Below, piece by piece: positions 17,501 to 26,470 of a stretch of DNA of 57,475 nucleotides. The DNA is taken from the IMG/VR virus record IMGVR_UViG_3300008116_000021. One strand, 5' to 3'. The position numbers were made by a program, and so were the translations under genes. This DNA comes from an uncultured virus (IMG/VR IMGVR_UViG_3300008116_000021) (taxonomy: Duplodnaviria > Heunggongvirae > Uroviricota > Caudoviricetes). Within the stretch, counting starts at the first letter, position 1. Each line of letters opens with the position of its first letter. The notes below the pieces were generated by a model. It did no database searches. It worked only from the letters and a program-made list of their open reading frames with translations, and was not told the DNA's origin.

Positions 17501-19935
17501 TCTGTTGGATCCTTAGCATTAACAGATTCTTTAGGAATGACAAGACGGACCTTATAAAGTTTTTCATCAAGGCTTCTATCATCATCAATTCTCTTAATAT
17601 ATGTAATATCAGTTCTTTCAGTTAATCCAGCAACTCCTTGTGTATTGATCTCACTAAAAATTGTATTACTAGAAGAAGCATGGACAAACCAATTCTTTTG
17701 AATTGGGTCAAATTGAACTGGTGATCCAAGATCTCCACTATTCTTATCATTTACTCTACTTTCAATTCTAAGTTGCTTACCACCATAGATTGTTAAGGCA
17801 GTTCCATTATCAGCATTTGTTTTTGATGATGCGATTTTGATCTTTTCATCATCAACCTTAATTGCATAATATAAAGTGTTTTCTACAATGTTCTGAGGAA
17901 GATCCCCATTGTCACTGAACATTCGAATTGATTCACCAGTTTGTAATTTATGTTGATTTTGAGGTGTTCCAATGGTTAAAACACTATTATTAATCTCCGA
18001 TATAACTCTATAAATTTTCCTATTTGTAGTCTGACCAAAAGCAACTGTTGCACCAACAGCTACTGTATTATCCATCATGCAAATTGTTGCATTTCTAATG
18101 ACACCCAGACCAACATCTAGATAAAGTTGATCGTTTGTTTTTGCACCAACTCTATAACCTTGAAGAACAATAGGTGGTTTTGTATCAACGTCAGTGTATC
18201 CATAAAGATACAAGTGACTGGAAAGTCCAACGTTTTTAGTTAATGCAACGTCTAGGGATGTCCAGTCAACGTTGAATTCTGGATTTGCAATTGCCCTTGG
18301 TCTAATGACAGAGGTAATATATCCATGATTATCTTTGGCAAATGCCTCTTTCTTAAATCCTTCAGCAGAAAGAGAAATTTGTCCAAAGTTAGAGTTAGAG
18401 TTGGTGATTGAACCATCACCACCAGATAAAGAATCAAAATGCTTATTGAATCCAATCGCAAACACAGATACAATCTGAACGAATGAATCGTTCGACATCT
18501 TAATGTGACTAGTTTCCCAACCTGGTCTGTAAATAGAATCAGAATCTAGGTGATAAACTGTTGCTGGGTTCGTTGATGATGAACCAGATGAAAGTTCTGC
18601 GCCTTTTACTGGGGTAATAGTTAGAGATTCATAAAGTCTCGATGTGGAATTATATCTTGCGAATGCTCTATCGTCTTTTTGAAGTGAAATAGCAGTGAAC
18701 TGGGCAACAACCATTGAGCGGAATCCAGCTGCTTTGGATCCGTCAGCGTGCATACCCTGCATACCCCAAACAGATCTTAGGGATACGTTAAAGACATATG
18801 GAGATGCACCAGATACAGTGTCAGTTTCAATTGTTACAGTTGAACCAGAAATAATAGGAGTTGCTGGTAGATTAACTCTTACGAATGGTAAGAGATATGT
18901 AAATGTTGTTTCGTTGAGTACCGATTGTACTTTCGTAGAAATATTATAATCAACTGGATCAACACTATCAATCTTAATTGGCGTTCCAGATGTAAGATTA
19001 TGGGGAACTGCTGTGCTAACAGTTACAATTGTACCAGGAGTAAATCCATCTCCAGAATACAATTCAGAAATGTTAAGTGGATCAGATGCGAATGCGCCAA
19101 CAATTTCATACTCTGGACGCTGCTTAGCAAATCCTAGTGACTCTGTTGGGTACTTCTGATCAATATCTCTACCAGATGCAGCATTAAATGCATTTGATAG
19201 TTTACTATAATACATGTCAAGGTCGGTGAGATCATAACCAGAAGGAATGGTTACACCATCAGCATATTCAAAACAAGTTAGTTTATGGTGAGAAAAAGTT
19301 GGTTTTGATTGATTGTTTGCAGAGAAATCAACAGGATCGGTATAAACAAGTCCAGAATCATCTCCATCAAACATGGAGAATTGCCAGAAGTAACAAGCAC
19401 CAGTAATTCTGAATAAAGCAGAAGACTTTACAGCAGGATCAGTTGGGTTAGGAACATATTTTGCACGAATCTTAGTCTTTCTTAGGTCAAGACCAACGAT
19501 CGAAGTACCACGAGGAACGATAACTCCACCATAGATACTATTAAACCTATAAAGAATATTATCTCTTTGAGTAAGGTCAAAGTTAGATGATAAATTGAGA
19601 GTTAATGTTTCTTGTGCTGATGTTTGTGCGCCAGAAGTGGAAACTGCAGTGGCAGTTCCATTCACATTCTTAATCGCAAAACCAGGTCTGTTATCGAGAA
19701 CATGCTCACCTGGGAAAAGTAAGATAGTAGTTTTTTCTACAATATCATTGTTTCCACCTCTCACATATGAGAATCTTGCCGATTCGAGAAGTGCTCTTTG
19801 AATTGTTTTAAATGGTTTGCTAAGAGAATTACCTTGGTTCTCTATAGCATCAGTAGCATCAATGTCGTTGGGGTTGACATATAGTATTCTACCTTCTGTA
19901 TTCTTAACGAAATTCTCTAGCTTATTGAGAGGCAT
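14557..19935 (-). CDS. large virion structural/tail protein with C-terminal peptidase S74 chaperone
   Basis: Conserved cyanophage N-terminus (LENFVKNTEGRILYVNP...PFKTIQRAL.ESARFSY), RPSIIRASGHTFEYLGYGPGNYSTGLP, and SDKRLK...GVIAQEV...LAVDY S74 tail. Confidence 0.88.
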   Translation of the reverse strand: MPLNKLENFVKNTEGRILYVNPNDIDATDAIENQGNSLSKPFKTIQRALLESARFSYVRGGNNDIVEKTTILLFPGEHVLDNRPGFAIKNVNGTATAVSTSGAQTSAQETLTLNLSSNFDLTQRDNILYRFNSIYGGVIVPRGTSIVGLDLRKTKIRAKYVPNPTDPAVKSSALFRITGACYFWQFSMFDGDDSGLVYTDPVDFSANNQSKPTFSHHKLTCFEYADGVTIPSGYDLTDLDMYYSKLSNAFNAASGRDIDQKYPTESLGFAKQRPEYEIVGAFASDPLNISELYSGDGFTPGTIVTVSTAVPHNLTSGTPIKIDSVDPVDYNISTKVQSVLNETTFTYLLPFVRVNLPATPIISGSTVTIETDTVSGASPYVFNVSLRSVWGMQGMHADGSKAAGFRSMVVAQFTAISLQKDDRAFARYNSTSRLYESLTITPVKGAELSSGSSSTNPATVYHLDSDSIYRPGWETSHIKMSNDSFVQIVSVFAIGFNKHFDSLSGGDGSITNSNSNFGQISLSAEGFKKEAFAKDNHGYITSVIRPRAIANPEFNVDWTSLDVALTKNVGLSSHLYLYGYTDVDTKPPIVLQGYRVGAKTNDQLYLDVGLGVIRNATICMMDNTVAVGATVAFGQTTNRKIYRVISEINNSVLTIGTPQNQHKLQTGESIRMFSDNGDLPQNIVENTLYYAIKVDDEKIKIASSKTNADNGTALTIYGGKQLRIESRVNDKNSGDLGSPVQFDPIQKNWFVHASSSNTIFSEINTQGVAGLTERTDITYIKRIDDDRSLDEKLYKVRLVIPKESVNAKDPTDGYVIQESSNTGARRNTDFSLTTIGQDDYGYNRNPRFITTCTVASNTITVVCDLPHNLNAGDIVNIKNVASTANPQATLNLGFNGTFEVTALVDDMQFQYTTTDVLGVVHGVGTFNTNINSRTTALPRFERNDLKSNLYIYRSEVIKPYIQDIQDGIYHVYILNASNAVETEFTDLKYNQNITDLYPQNDKDNIDDNPQSTQSYAKRSPLGEVVTNDISKSITRESIDKTLKDLGVGLKIVGVTTFFTTATAGVATITLDRNHGYGGITTYSTLIPGSGYTQSGTYHNVKLYNTTTLNWDGALARVTVASGVVTAATITNGGSQYTNGETLDFDSTALGGGTGARITIATAGISTNIGDVLHVTGIGTTSDGYVRISSVPAKNQLTFAITSSYPKIISGQYAINVGPAVNVSSNVYDSASGITTFTCAFSHGLVAGEKFRLVGSTNNVIGDYNVRERVGVNTFTAITNASVSPTFLYHTALVAGDTTSDSSFENLGTRGLSFYSGEDLVLQAGITTESILRVKAKSSGIGTVTRFPMGSYIQSGNEIMRITSSSLTGSGLDEISVIRGALGTPRENHSTGQFLRKIHPIAVETRRPSIIRASGHTFEYLGYGPGNYSTGLPQVQVKTLSEREDFLVQAQERSCGNVAYTGMNGNGDFFVGNTKYASSSGTQKTFDIPIPTTAGQDSSRLSVVFDEIVAKERIIVEGGSSGTVLSQFDGPVSFNKELKFNSNTTTNGVHKVTGLSLYTNATEATGVLATDTASVIFSGGVAIKKKLFVATAVSVGGTFNVTSTSTFDAQLNAKSSVRVEGSLGISETGGNANRLNISSSSGGAIISQIDNSAIIFQTDSGNERLRCRNTAAGAGVLVTGPLDVTGDITAFYASDKRLKDNITPIPNSLEKVNALSGNTYTWNEKSEKEGLDIGVIAQEVQEVLPEAVRERDNGYLAVDYHKITPLLIESIKELTHKVETLENIARERGLLSD

Positions 19936-19968
19936 CTGCTTATTTTCAAAAATATTTCTATGTTTTAT

Positions 19969-20274
19969 TTATCCCATTAAATCTTCTTCATCATATTCAA
20001 ATTCAATATCATCTGGCATATCTTCAGGGTTTTCTAACTCGACTGGAAAAAAACAAGGATGTACTTCTTCGTCTATTAGATAGAAAGAATTTCGATATAA
20101 GTCCTCTGGTTCAAACGATCTATTCTTATCTGCTTCTCTACAAAGATCTTGGTCGTATAAGTGACCTTCTGGCATTTCATCAAACGTAAAAGGAACGTGA
20201 TTGATGAAGTACATTTTCACAATCATGCTGCCATCATTGTACCAGCAGTATGCAGTATCGATACGATAAGACAT
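19969..20274 (-). CDS. conserved cyanophage hypothetical protein
   Basis: YCWY...IVKMYFIN.VPFTFDE...SFYLIDEE.HP pattern. Confidence 0.8.
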   Translation of the reverse strand: MSYRIDTAYCWYNDGSMIVKMYFINHVPFTFDEMPEGHLYDQDLCREADKNRSFEPEDLYRNSFYLIDEEVHPCFFPVELENPEDMPDDIEFEYDEEDLMG

Positions 20275-20327
20275 AGGGATTTTCCCATATCTTATATTTA
20301 TTTTTCACCAGATAGCTAAAGGAGCAA

Positions 20328-20400
20328 TAGGAGTGCTGGGAATTGAACCCAGACTACCCCGTTATAAGCAGGGCGCTCTGACCGATTAAGCTACACTCCC
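20328..20400 (-). tRNA. tRNA-Ile (anticodon UAU), no encoded CCA
   Basis: GGGAGTG/CACTCCT acceptor stem, D arm TAGCTTAATCGGTCAGAGC, anticodon arm CCCTG-CTTATAA-CGGGG, T arm CTGGG-TTCAATT-CCCAG, discriminator A. Confidence 0.93.
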
Positions 20401-20574
20401 TCAGGGGGCTTCGTTGTTTAACTCAGTGTGTATTCGTATCAGATCATCATCAGCGGGCATCATCACTGCTGCTTGCCCATCATCGTTGATGATACCTATG
20501 CGCTCCCCATTTTCAACTCGTTCCATTAGTTCATCGAACCTTTCTTGAAACTCTTCCACGGTAAAAACTTCCAT
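20401..20574 (-). CDS. Phd/YefM-like small protein (57 aa, not in ORF track)
   Basis: MEVFTVEEFQERFDELMERVENGERIGIINDDGQAAVMMPA matches the Phd/YefM N-terminal pattern. Confidence 0.65.
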   Translation of the reverse strand: MEVFTVEEFQERFDELMERVENGERIGIINDDGQAAVMMPADDDLIRIHTELNNEAP

Positions 20575-20588
20575 TTTAGTTTTTGTAT

Positions 20589-20798
20589 TTAGTTGTTGTC
20601 CTGACCATAGATGGCAAGATCAGCATACTCAATTTGTTCAGGTTGAAGTTGACTAGTTACAACATCTAGGACATTCATAAACTCCTGAACGGTCTCACAC
20701 TCAACCAGACGCTCGCTGCCTTGATCGCTAAGAAGCAGAAAACTGCGAGTGCATACATCAATCACAATACCCTCTACGGTTTCTTGGGCGGTGCTCAT
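20589..20798 (-). CDS. conserved hypothetical protein
   Basis: 69-aa ORF directly after a consensus promoter. Confidence 0.75.
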   Translation of the reverse strand: MSTAQETVEGIVIDVCTRSFLLLSDQGSERLVECETVQEFMNVLDVVTSQLQPEQIEYADLAIYGQDNN

Positions 20799-20823
20799 GT
20801 GGTGTTCCGTTGATTACCCCCAT

Positions 20824-20852
20824 ATTATAAGGGATTTTGAATCAGGTGTCAA
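20824..20852 (-). promoter_or_regulatory. consensus sigma70 promoter TTGACA-N17-TATAAT
   Basis: Perfect hexamers at 20852-20847 and 20829-20824. Confidence 0.85.
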
Positions 20853-20855
20853 GTC

Positions 20856-21836
20856 CTATGGGGACAGACTGGTGATAGCGGAAATGACGCTTGCTTTGGC
20901 AGTTGCCTGACCAGATATTTTTCTCTGATGATTAGTAATACCCCAAGCTTGCAAATCTTTATTTGATTTTTCTTCTTTAACAATATTTAAATTAGATCGT
21001 AAAGTATCTCTTTGAGATCGTAAAGTTGTAATCTCACTTTGCAATGCAGTAATTGAACTTGCAATAGCAACACATCTTGAAGCAGTAACACTTGTATTTG
21101 ATGCATAGGGGGCAACTCCTGCACCAAAATAATAACGATATGGAATAGCAGCTGAAATAGTTCTAGGATTATGATCTGATTGTGTTGCCGAAATATCTAA
21201 TCTTGCGATTCCAACAGATGTTCCACCATTATCATCTTTTGTATTAGCTCGTCCATATCCAGAATATGCAGACGTTAATTCTTGACTTACATCTGGATTG
21301 AATGGATTTACAGCATCATAATTTGGAGAAAGTCCTTCAATATTTGTGTAAATTGACAATAAATCTCGATCTTGCTTAAAGGTCGTTTGAGATGAATAAT
21401 CTTGATTGAAATTAGGAGTTGAAAGAGTTGTTCCACCAGACGTTGTTACGCTGGCAGCAATACCTGGCCAACAATTTCCATTGGTTGCTTCTAGAGATAA
21501 AGTAACAATCTGTTGTTTAATAAAATTGATTCTAGCATTAAATGATAAGATCTTATCATCTACTGTTTTACAAAATTGACGGAATGTTTCTGGTTTTGAT
21601 TTTGCCTCAGAAAAAGCATCCTGTTCTGGATCAGTGCGAGAAATTGGTGGTGGTGCCTCATTTTGTTGAACAACCCATTCTCCACTAGCAGACTCTTGAG
21701 TTGCAGTCGTAGCAGTAATTGTTGATGGTATTTCTACACTTGCATTATTTTTTTCTTGCTCACTCTTAGACTGAGAATATTGTGATTGTTCTTTTGTTAA
21801 GATATCAATAGTACTTTGTGCTGCACCGTCTGGCAT
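20856..21836 (-). CDS. putative virion protein (coiled-coil segments)
   Basis: 326-aa ORF ending the gp5 operon; heptad-like N- and C-terminal helices. Confidence 0.6.
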   Translation of the reverse strand: MPDGAAQSTIDILTKEQSQYSQSKSEQEKNNASVEIPSTITATTATQESASGEWVVQQNEAPPPISRTDPEQDAFSEAKSKPETFRQFCKTVDDKILSFNARINFIKQQIVTLSLEATNGNCWPGIAASVTTSGGTTLSTPNFNQDYSSQTTFKQDRDLLSIYTNIEGLSPNYDAVNPFNPDVSQELTSAYSGYGRANTKDDNGGTSVGIARLDISATQSDHNPRTISAAIPYRYYFGAGVAPYASNTSVTASRCVAIASSITALQSEITTLRSQRDTLRSNLNIVKEEKSNKDLQAWGITNHQRKISGQATAKASVISAITSLSP

Positions 21837-21863
21837 TTTTTACACCTACAAAATCAATTATTG

Positions 21864-22763
21864 TTATTTAGTTTGCTCTAGATCAGCGATTCTTTGTTTT
21901 AAATCTTCAATCTGTTGCTGTTGTTCTTTCATACCTTCAATCAGAAGTGCCACGAGATTTTCATACTTGACACCCTTAACGGACATTTTTTGAGTTTTTG
22001 CTGCTAGATCAGGATCATCAAATACTGGAGCATTCGGTATAATTTCAAATTGTCGTACAACTTCTGGCACAACTTTTTCTACCTCTTGTGCGATAACACC
22101 TATTTCACCATTTGGATTTTCTTGTGCTTTTTCAGGCCAAATATCTTCCTTCCAATTAAAAGAAACTCCTTGTAACTGAAGGATCTTATCCAGAGCATTT
22201 TCTAGTGGTTCAATATCTTTTTTTAGATTAAAATCAGAAGATGGGCAAGGAGCACAAATAGGAGCACCATTATAAGTCCAAGTTCCAGTTAATGCTCCTG
22301 TTGCAGTATTAATAGTAATTCCAGATGCACCTCCACCAATTTCAACCAATCCACCATTAAGGTCTATTCTTGATGCATTTACTGTATAGTTTGGAGTACA
22401 AGTATTATCTTCAGGAACTGCCTTTCCTCTAAATGAATTCAATCCCTGCATAACAGCAGAAAGAGAAATATCAGATGCTCCAATAACAGTATGACTTCCA
22501 ATAGTTATGTTAGATCCAACAGTACAATGAGTTCCTGTAAATAACCCCAATCCAAGGAAATTAGTCGTTAGAGGTTTATCTAAACAAGGACCTGCAGCAA
22601 GAGCTGCTGTTCCATATAATGCAGTCGATCCACTTCCAAAATATCCAGCGTAAATTGAAGCTGTGCCAGGTACTAAACTGCGAAGAAATTTTGGAAGAAC
22701 TACAGCAGTGTCAAATAATGGATGAATGACACTAAAACTAAAAACATCTAAATCGTCGAACAT
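21864..22763 (-). CDS. putative spike/fibre protein with peptidase S74 chaperone
   Basis: Gly-rich beta region then SDFNLKKDI...GVSFNWK...GVIAQEVE...VKYENLVALLIEGMKE. Confidence 0.75.
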   Translation of the reverse strand: MFDDLDVFSFSVIHPLFDTAVVLPKFLRSLVPGTASIYAGYFGSGSTALYGTAALAAGPCLDKPLTTNFLGLGLFTGTHCTVGSNITIGSHTVIGASDISLSAVMQGLNSFRGKAVPEDNTCTPNYTVNASRIDLNGGLVEIGGGASGITINTATGALTGTWTYNGAPICAPCPSSDFNLKKDIEPLENALDKILQLQGVSFNWKEDIWPEKAQENPNGEIGVIAQEVEKVVPEVVRQFEIIPNAPVFDDPDLAAKTQKMSVKGVKYENLVALLIEGMKEQQQQIEDLKQRIADLEQTK

Positions 22764-22768
22764 AATTG

Positions 22769-23362
22769 TTACTTACAACTTTCGGTTACACCAGCGATAA
22801 CATCGGCAAAAGGAATGCCCAGACTTTTCAATAAGGTAGATAACGGAGATCCACCTTTTTGAACTTCACCAACGATATTAATAAAATGATCCGTTACAAT
22901 ATTAACCTCAGCGGTTCCCTTAATACAAACTTTAGTCCCGGTTAAAGTTAATTGTTCTCCACTATGAACAACAACTGCTCCATTTGAAGATAACATGAAG
23001 CACCCATTAGTTTTCTTTTCACCTTGAGTTTCAATGTACATATTCTTACAAAGAAACTTGATATTTCCACCTTGAGCATTAAAAACAAGATCACCAGTTT
23101 TAGCATTCAAAGAAAATGCAATATCTTCTTTGGATGGTTTATCTCTATTTTTCTGTAAGTTGTGTCCACAAGTGATATGATATGGACCTTGAACGTGCTC
23201 CATTTTGGAGCCATCAGTCTTATATTTAAAAGTTGAGTTTGATGCAACAGCCAGACGAAATTGCGTTCCATCATCAGCTTCTTTTGGTCCACCTGGTCCA
23301 AAAAACATAATCCCATGGGGATTATCAGTAACAATATATTCTGGAGGTCTATTAGTTGCCAT
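22769..23362 (-). CDS. gp5 C-terminal-like beta-helix baseplate protein
   Basis: Short beta-repeat texture (NAKTGDLVFNAQGGNIKFLCKNMYIE) and position in the gp5 cluster. Confidence 0.55.
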   Translation of the reverse strand: MATNRPPEYIVTDNPHGIMFFGPGGPKEADDGTQFRLAVASNSTFKYKTDGSKMEHVQGPYHITCGHNLQKNRDKPSKEDIAFSLNAKTGDLVFNAQGGNIKFLCKNMYIETQGEKKTNGCFMLSSNGAVVVHSGEQLTLTGTKVCIKGTAEVNIVTDHFINIVGEVQKGGSPLSTLLKSLGIPFADVIAGVTESCK

Positions 23363-25755
23363 TACTTAAGAACACACTGAGTAACTTTGATCAATTGTGC
23401 CGCATTGAAATCTGGTCTATTATTGTTTGCAGCAAGGTAATCATTCTTTTCTGTAAATGCAATAATAGGTCTTACTTCTAAACCAGCGCCTGTTTTACTA
23501 TTTATTGTGATTGTAGGTGTCTCGGTGATACCACAACCTGCAGTTTCAACAACCATTGCCACAATTTGCCCCACATCTGTCATTTGCACCTTTACCTGCA
23601 AACCAGGTATATCTGGTGTTATTGATATACTATCATTCACAGTATATCCAATTCCTGTGCTCAATATTTCAATTTCTTCAAGACATCCAACATATTCCCT
23701 AACATCATTTTCAACTACTTCTTCTTCCACTCTTTCTTGAAATTCATCCAATCCCGTAGGTGAATTAACATATCCCCTTCCAGTATTAACCATAATAACT
23801 TTAATGACTTCACCAACATTATTTGTAATTGTATAAGCAGAGGCAAAATTTCCCTGCCCACAATTATCATTGAAAGTCACAAATGGTGGAGAAGTATACC
23901 CCTGACCACCATATCTTAAGTTAACTCCCAATACTTCCCCTATATTGTTAACAATTGCATCTCCAACTGCTCCAGATCCACCGCCACCAAAAAACTCAAC
24001 CTGTGGAGGTCCACATCTCCATGCTCCAGTGTTACATCTTAATTGACTTTCATATCTTCCAGGTATACTTTGATTTAGATTTGTAAAATCTTTACCAAAA
24101 ACTGTAGCTCCAGTAAGAATATTATTTTTATCTAAGAATCCACCAACTTTATCTAGTACCCATTTTTCAGCTTCTGCAGCATCGGGTATCGGTATCATCT
24201 TATCGAATGCCTCTTTCATTGAATTTGTAGATCCACTACCAATTTTGAAAGATTTAATTTCTGGACAATCTGGTTTAGCGCATAAAAATGCCTCAAATCC
24301 AAGAATATAATCAACTGCCTGGAATACAGACCCTGCAATTTTTGCAACTCCACCTAATACATCATTGATTTTATTTAAAATAGGTTTCAGTTGTTTATCA
24401 ATCGATGCTGATAGATTATTTAATAGTGCATTTGTGAATTGTTCAACAGCACAGAACGCTGCATTGATAACGTTGCCAATAAGAGAGAATAGAAAATCAG
24501 TAACCAACTTAGTCAATCCATCAATAATTTTATCGAAAGCACAAAGAATTGAATCAATGATAACTTTGATAACTGTATTTTTCAATGCCTTTGTCAAAGA
24601 AGTCATTATTTTATTGATTATTTTTTCGATTAATTTACGTATCAAATTCAGAATAAAATTCCTCATTCTTTGAATCAATAGTTTCAAGACAGCACTAATG
24701 ATTACAGCGGTATTGCCAATGATAGCAGTTATATTTCGAATCTTATTGATTGTTCCTTTGACATAAACATTATAAAACTTTTTAGATTCTTTCAAGAAAT
24801 TAAAGAATTTCAACAGAGCATTATTAATTCCTGCAAGCGTGCTTTTCCCACATGGATCTGCCATAGTATTAATCTCTTCTTCTATCTCCTCCTCCATTGC
24901 TCTCAATTGACTATAATTAAATCCATCCTTACATTTTTTATCGGGTGCGGACCAACCATTGTTTGCATCATTAACTGGGCGACATTCAGCAACTCTCTTC
25001 TTAATCTCATCAAGAATTGCCTGTTTGCGTTGACGTAGACTGAGATAGTTATCTATTTGTGGTCCAAATTTATTTCGTAGTTCTTGTGTAACTCCTGTTC
25101 CACCATTATCTGTTAATCTATCATATAAAGTTTCTTTCCCAGCATCACCAGGAAGTGTGGGATCAATTAAAGTATTCTGAAGAGTGACAACAGAATCTTG
25201 TAAGAATCCATCAACTAAGGTTTTATCTTGTAATAATTCTGTTGTACTACGATCTTTGAATAAATTAATATCAGCATCAATTGCAAGAGGTTCAGTAAAA
25301 GGAATTACCGGAAGTGATTGTACTTCTGTAGTTGGAACTACAACTTTTTGAAGTTCTGGTCCATTTCCTTTTGCGGCTTGCTCGGACAATGCTGCTTTTG
25401 TATCAGGATTACTCGTTTTCGATGCTGCCTGAGTTCCATCAGAATATGTGATTGTTACATCAAGACCATTACCATCAACACTAAACTTGGTATTACTTAT
25501 TGGATCAAAGTACTTTGCGTTTGGTGGGACAACATATGTACTTGTTGTTGGATTCTTTGCTGGTGTTTGTGTCGTTGTTGTTTTATATGTTGATTCGTCT
25601 TTGGATATATTGTTTTTTAAATCATAAAGAAGCGCAGAATCAGTGACATTGATTAAAGTTCCATTTGATTGGACTTCTTTCCATACACCATTTATACGCT
25701 TATAAGTGATGCCCTGTATTTTTCTAGTAACATTAGCTGGTGTAACCATTATCAA
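23362..25755 (-). CDS. baseplate hub (gp5) body, lacking the OB-fold
   Basis: Helical region with CAVEQF, CGPP.VEFFGGGGSGA, GQGYTSPPFVTF.D.CG.G and the L(I)KV..CV C-terminus typical of cyanophage gp5. Confidence 0.7.
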   Translation of the reverse strand: MIMVTPANVTRKIQGITYKRINGVWKEVQSNGTLINVTDSALLYDLKNNISKDESTYKTTTTQTPAKNPTTSTYVVPPNAKYFDPISNTKFSVDGNGLDVTITYSDGTQAASKTSNPDTKAALSEQAAKGNGPELQKVVVPTTEVQSLPVIPFTEPLAIDADINLFKDRSTTELLQDKTLVDGFLQDSVVTLQNTLIDPTLPGDAGKETLYDRLTDNGGTGVTQELRNKFGPQIDNYLSLRQRKQAILDEIKKRVAECRPVNDANNGWSAPDKKCKDGFNYSQLRAMEEEIEEEINTMADPCGKSTLAGINNALLKFFNFLKESKKFYNVYVKGTINKIRNITAIIGNTAVIISAVLKLLIQRMRNFILNLIRKLIEKIINKIMTSLTKALKNTVIKVIIDSILCAFDKIIDGLTKLVTDFLFSLIGNVINAAFCAVEQFTNALLNNLSASIDKQLKPILNKINDVLGGVAKIAGSVFQAVDYILGFEAFLCAKPDCPEIKSFKIGSGSTNSMKEAFDKMIPIPDAAEAEKWVLDKVGGFLDKNNILTGATVFGKDFTNLNQSIPGRYESQLRCNTGAWRCGPPQVEFFGGGGSGAVGDAIVNNIGEVLGVNLRYGGQGYTSPPFVTFNDNCGQGNFASAYTITNNVGEVIKVIMVNTGRGYVNSPTGLDEFQERVEEEVVENDVREYVGCLEEIEILSTGIGYTVNDSISITPDIPGLQVKVQMTDVGQIVAMVVETAGCGITETPTITINSKTGAGLEVRPIIAFTEKNDYLAANNNRPDFNAAQLIKVTQCVLK

Positions 25756-25779
25756 TCAACCTCTCGTATTTGATATTTA

Positions 25780-26463
25780 TTAGACAGTTCGATCATTGAT
25801 ACCTATTATTCCTGCTCGAATCGCATCAGATTCTGCATCCGATATTGTTTGAGATGTAATATATGGTAGCTTGCTGCTTCTAATATCATTTAGTTCTTTT
25901 AATGTAATTGAAGTATCTCCAGGACCCGTATATGTACCGCCAGGAAGAACTGTTGGAACTGCTGGTTCGACTTGCGAATTTTTAGCTTTATTAAAATCTT
26001 CTTGTGATGGAATTGCGGGTTCAGTTGGTTTTGCACCACCTAAAATTTTATGAGAAGGTGGATTGAATCCAAAATTGTAAGATACTACATTTTTAAATTC
26101 TGTGGATCCTTTTTGTTTTACCTCATCTAAATCAATAATTTCACCAGATTCTGATCTGGTTAAAATCGCAGTGATTACTGGAACCTGATTATAGGCATCT
26201 AAAAAGTATCCTCTAACCCATTCACCGCCCGCTAATCCAGTTGTTGAACGATTGAAACTTCCTTGTGTTGTTGGTCTTTCAACCATTGCCCAAGGTAATT
26301 TGCTATCTGGTAATTTAGATCCAGATTTATCATGAATACCAACGATTCTTACTCTAACACGATCAAATCCATCTGGATTGTATCGATCCTCAAGTTGATT
26401 GACGGCAACTTGACCAATCCACCATTGAAAATTATCCTTCCCAGTAAAACCTGTATTTGACAT
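25780..26463 (-). CDS. gp5: baseplate hub gp5 N-terminal OB-fold domain
   Basis: F.GKD.F.WWIGQV, RVRVRIVGIH, LPWA, GEWV.GYFLD...QVPVI. Confidence 0.85.
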   Translation of the reverse strand: MSNTGFTGKDNFQWWIGQVAVNQLEDRYNPDGFDRVRVRIVGIHDKSGSKLPDSKLPWAMVERPTTQGSFNRSTTGLAGGEWVRGYFLDAYNQVPVITAILTRSESGEIIDLDEVKQKGSTEFKNVVSYNFGFNPPSHKILGGAKPTEPAIPSQEDFNKAKNSQVEPAVPTVLPGGTYTGPGDTSITLKELNDIRSSKLPYITSQTISDAESDAIRAGIIGINDRTV

Positions 26464-26470
26464 GTTTCTA

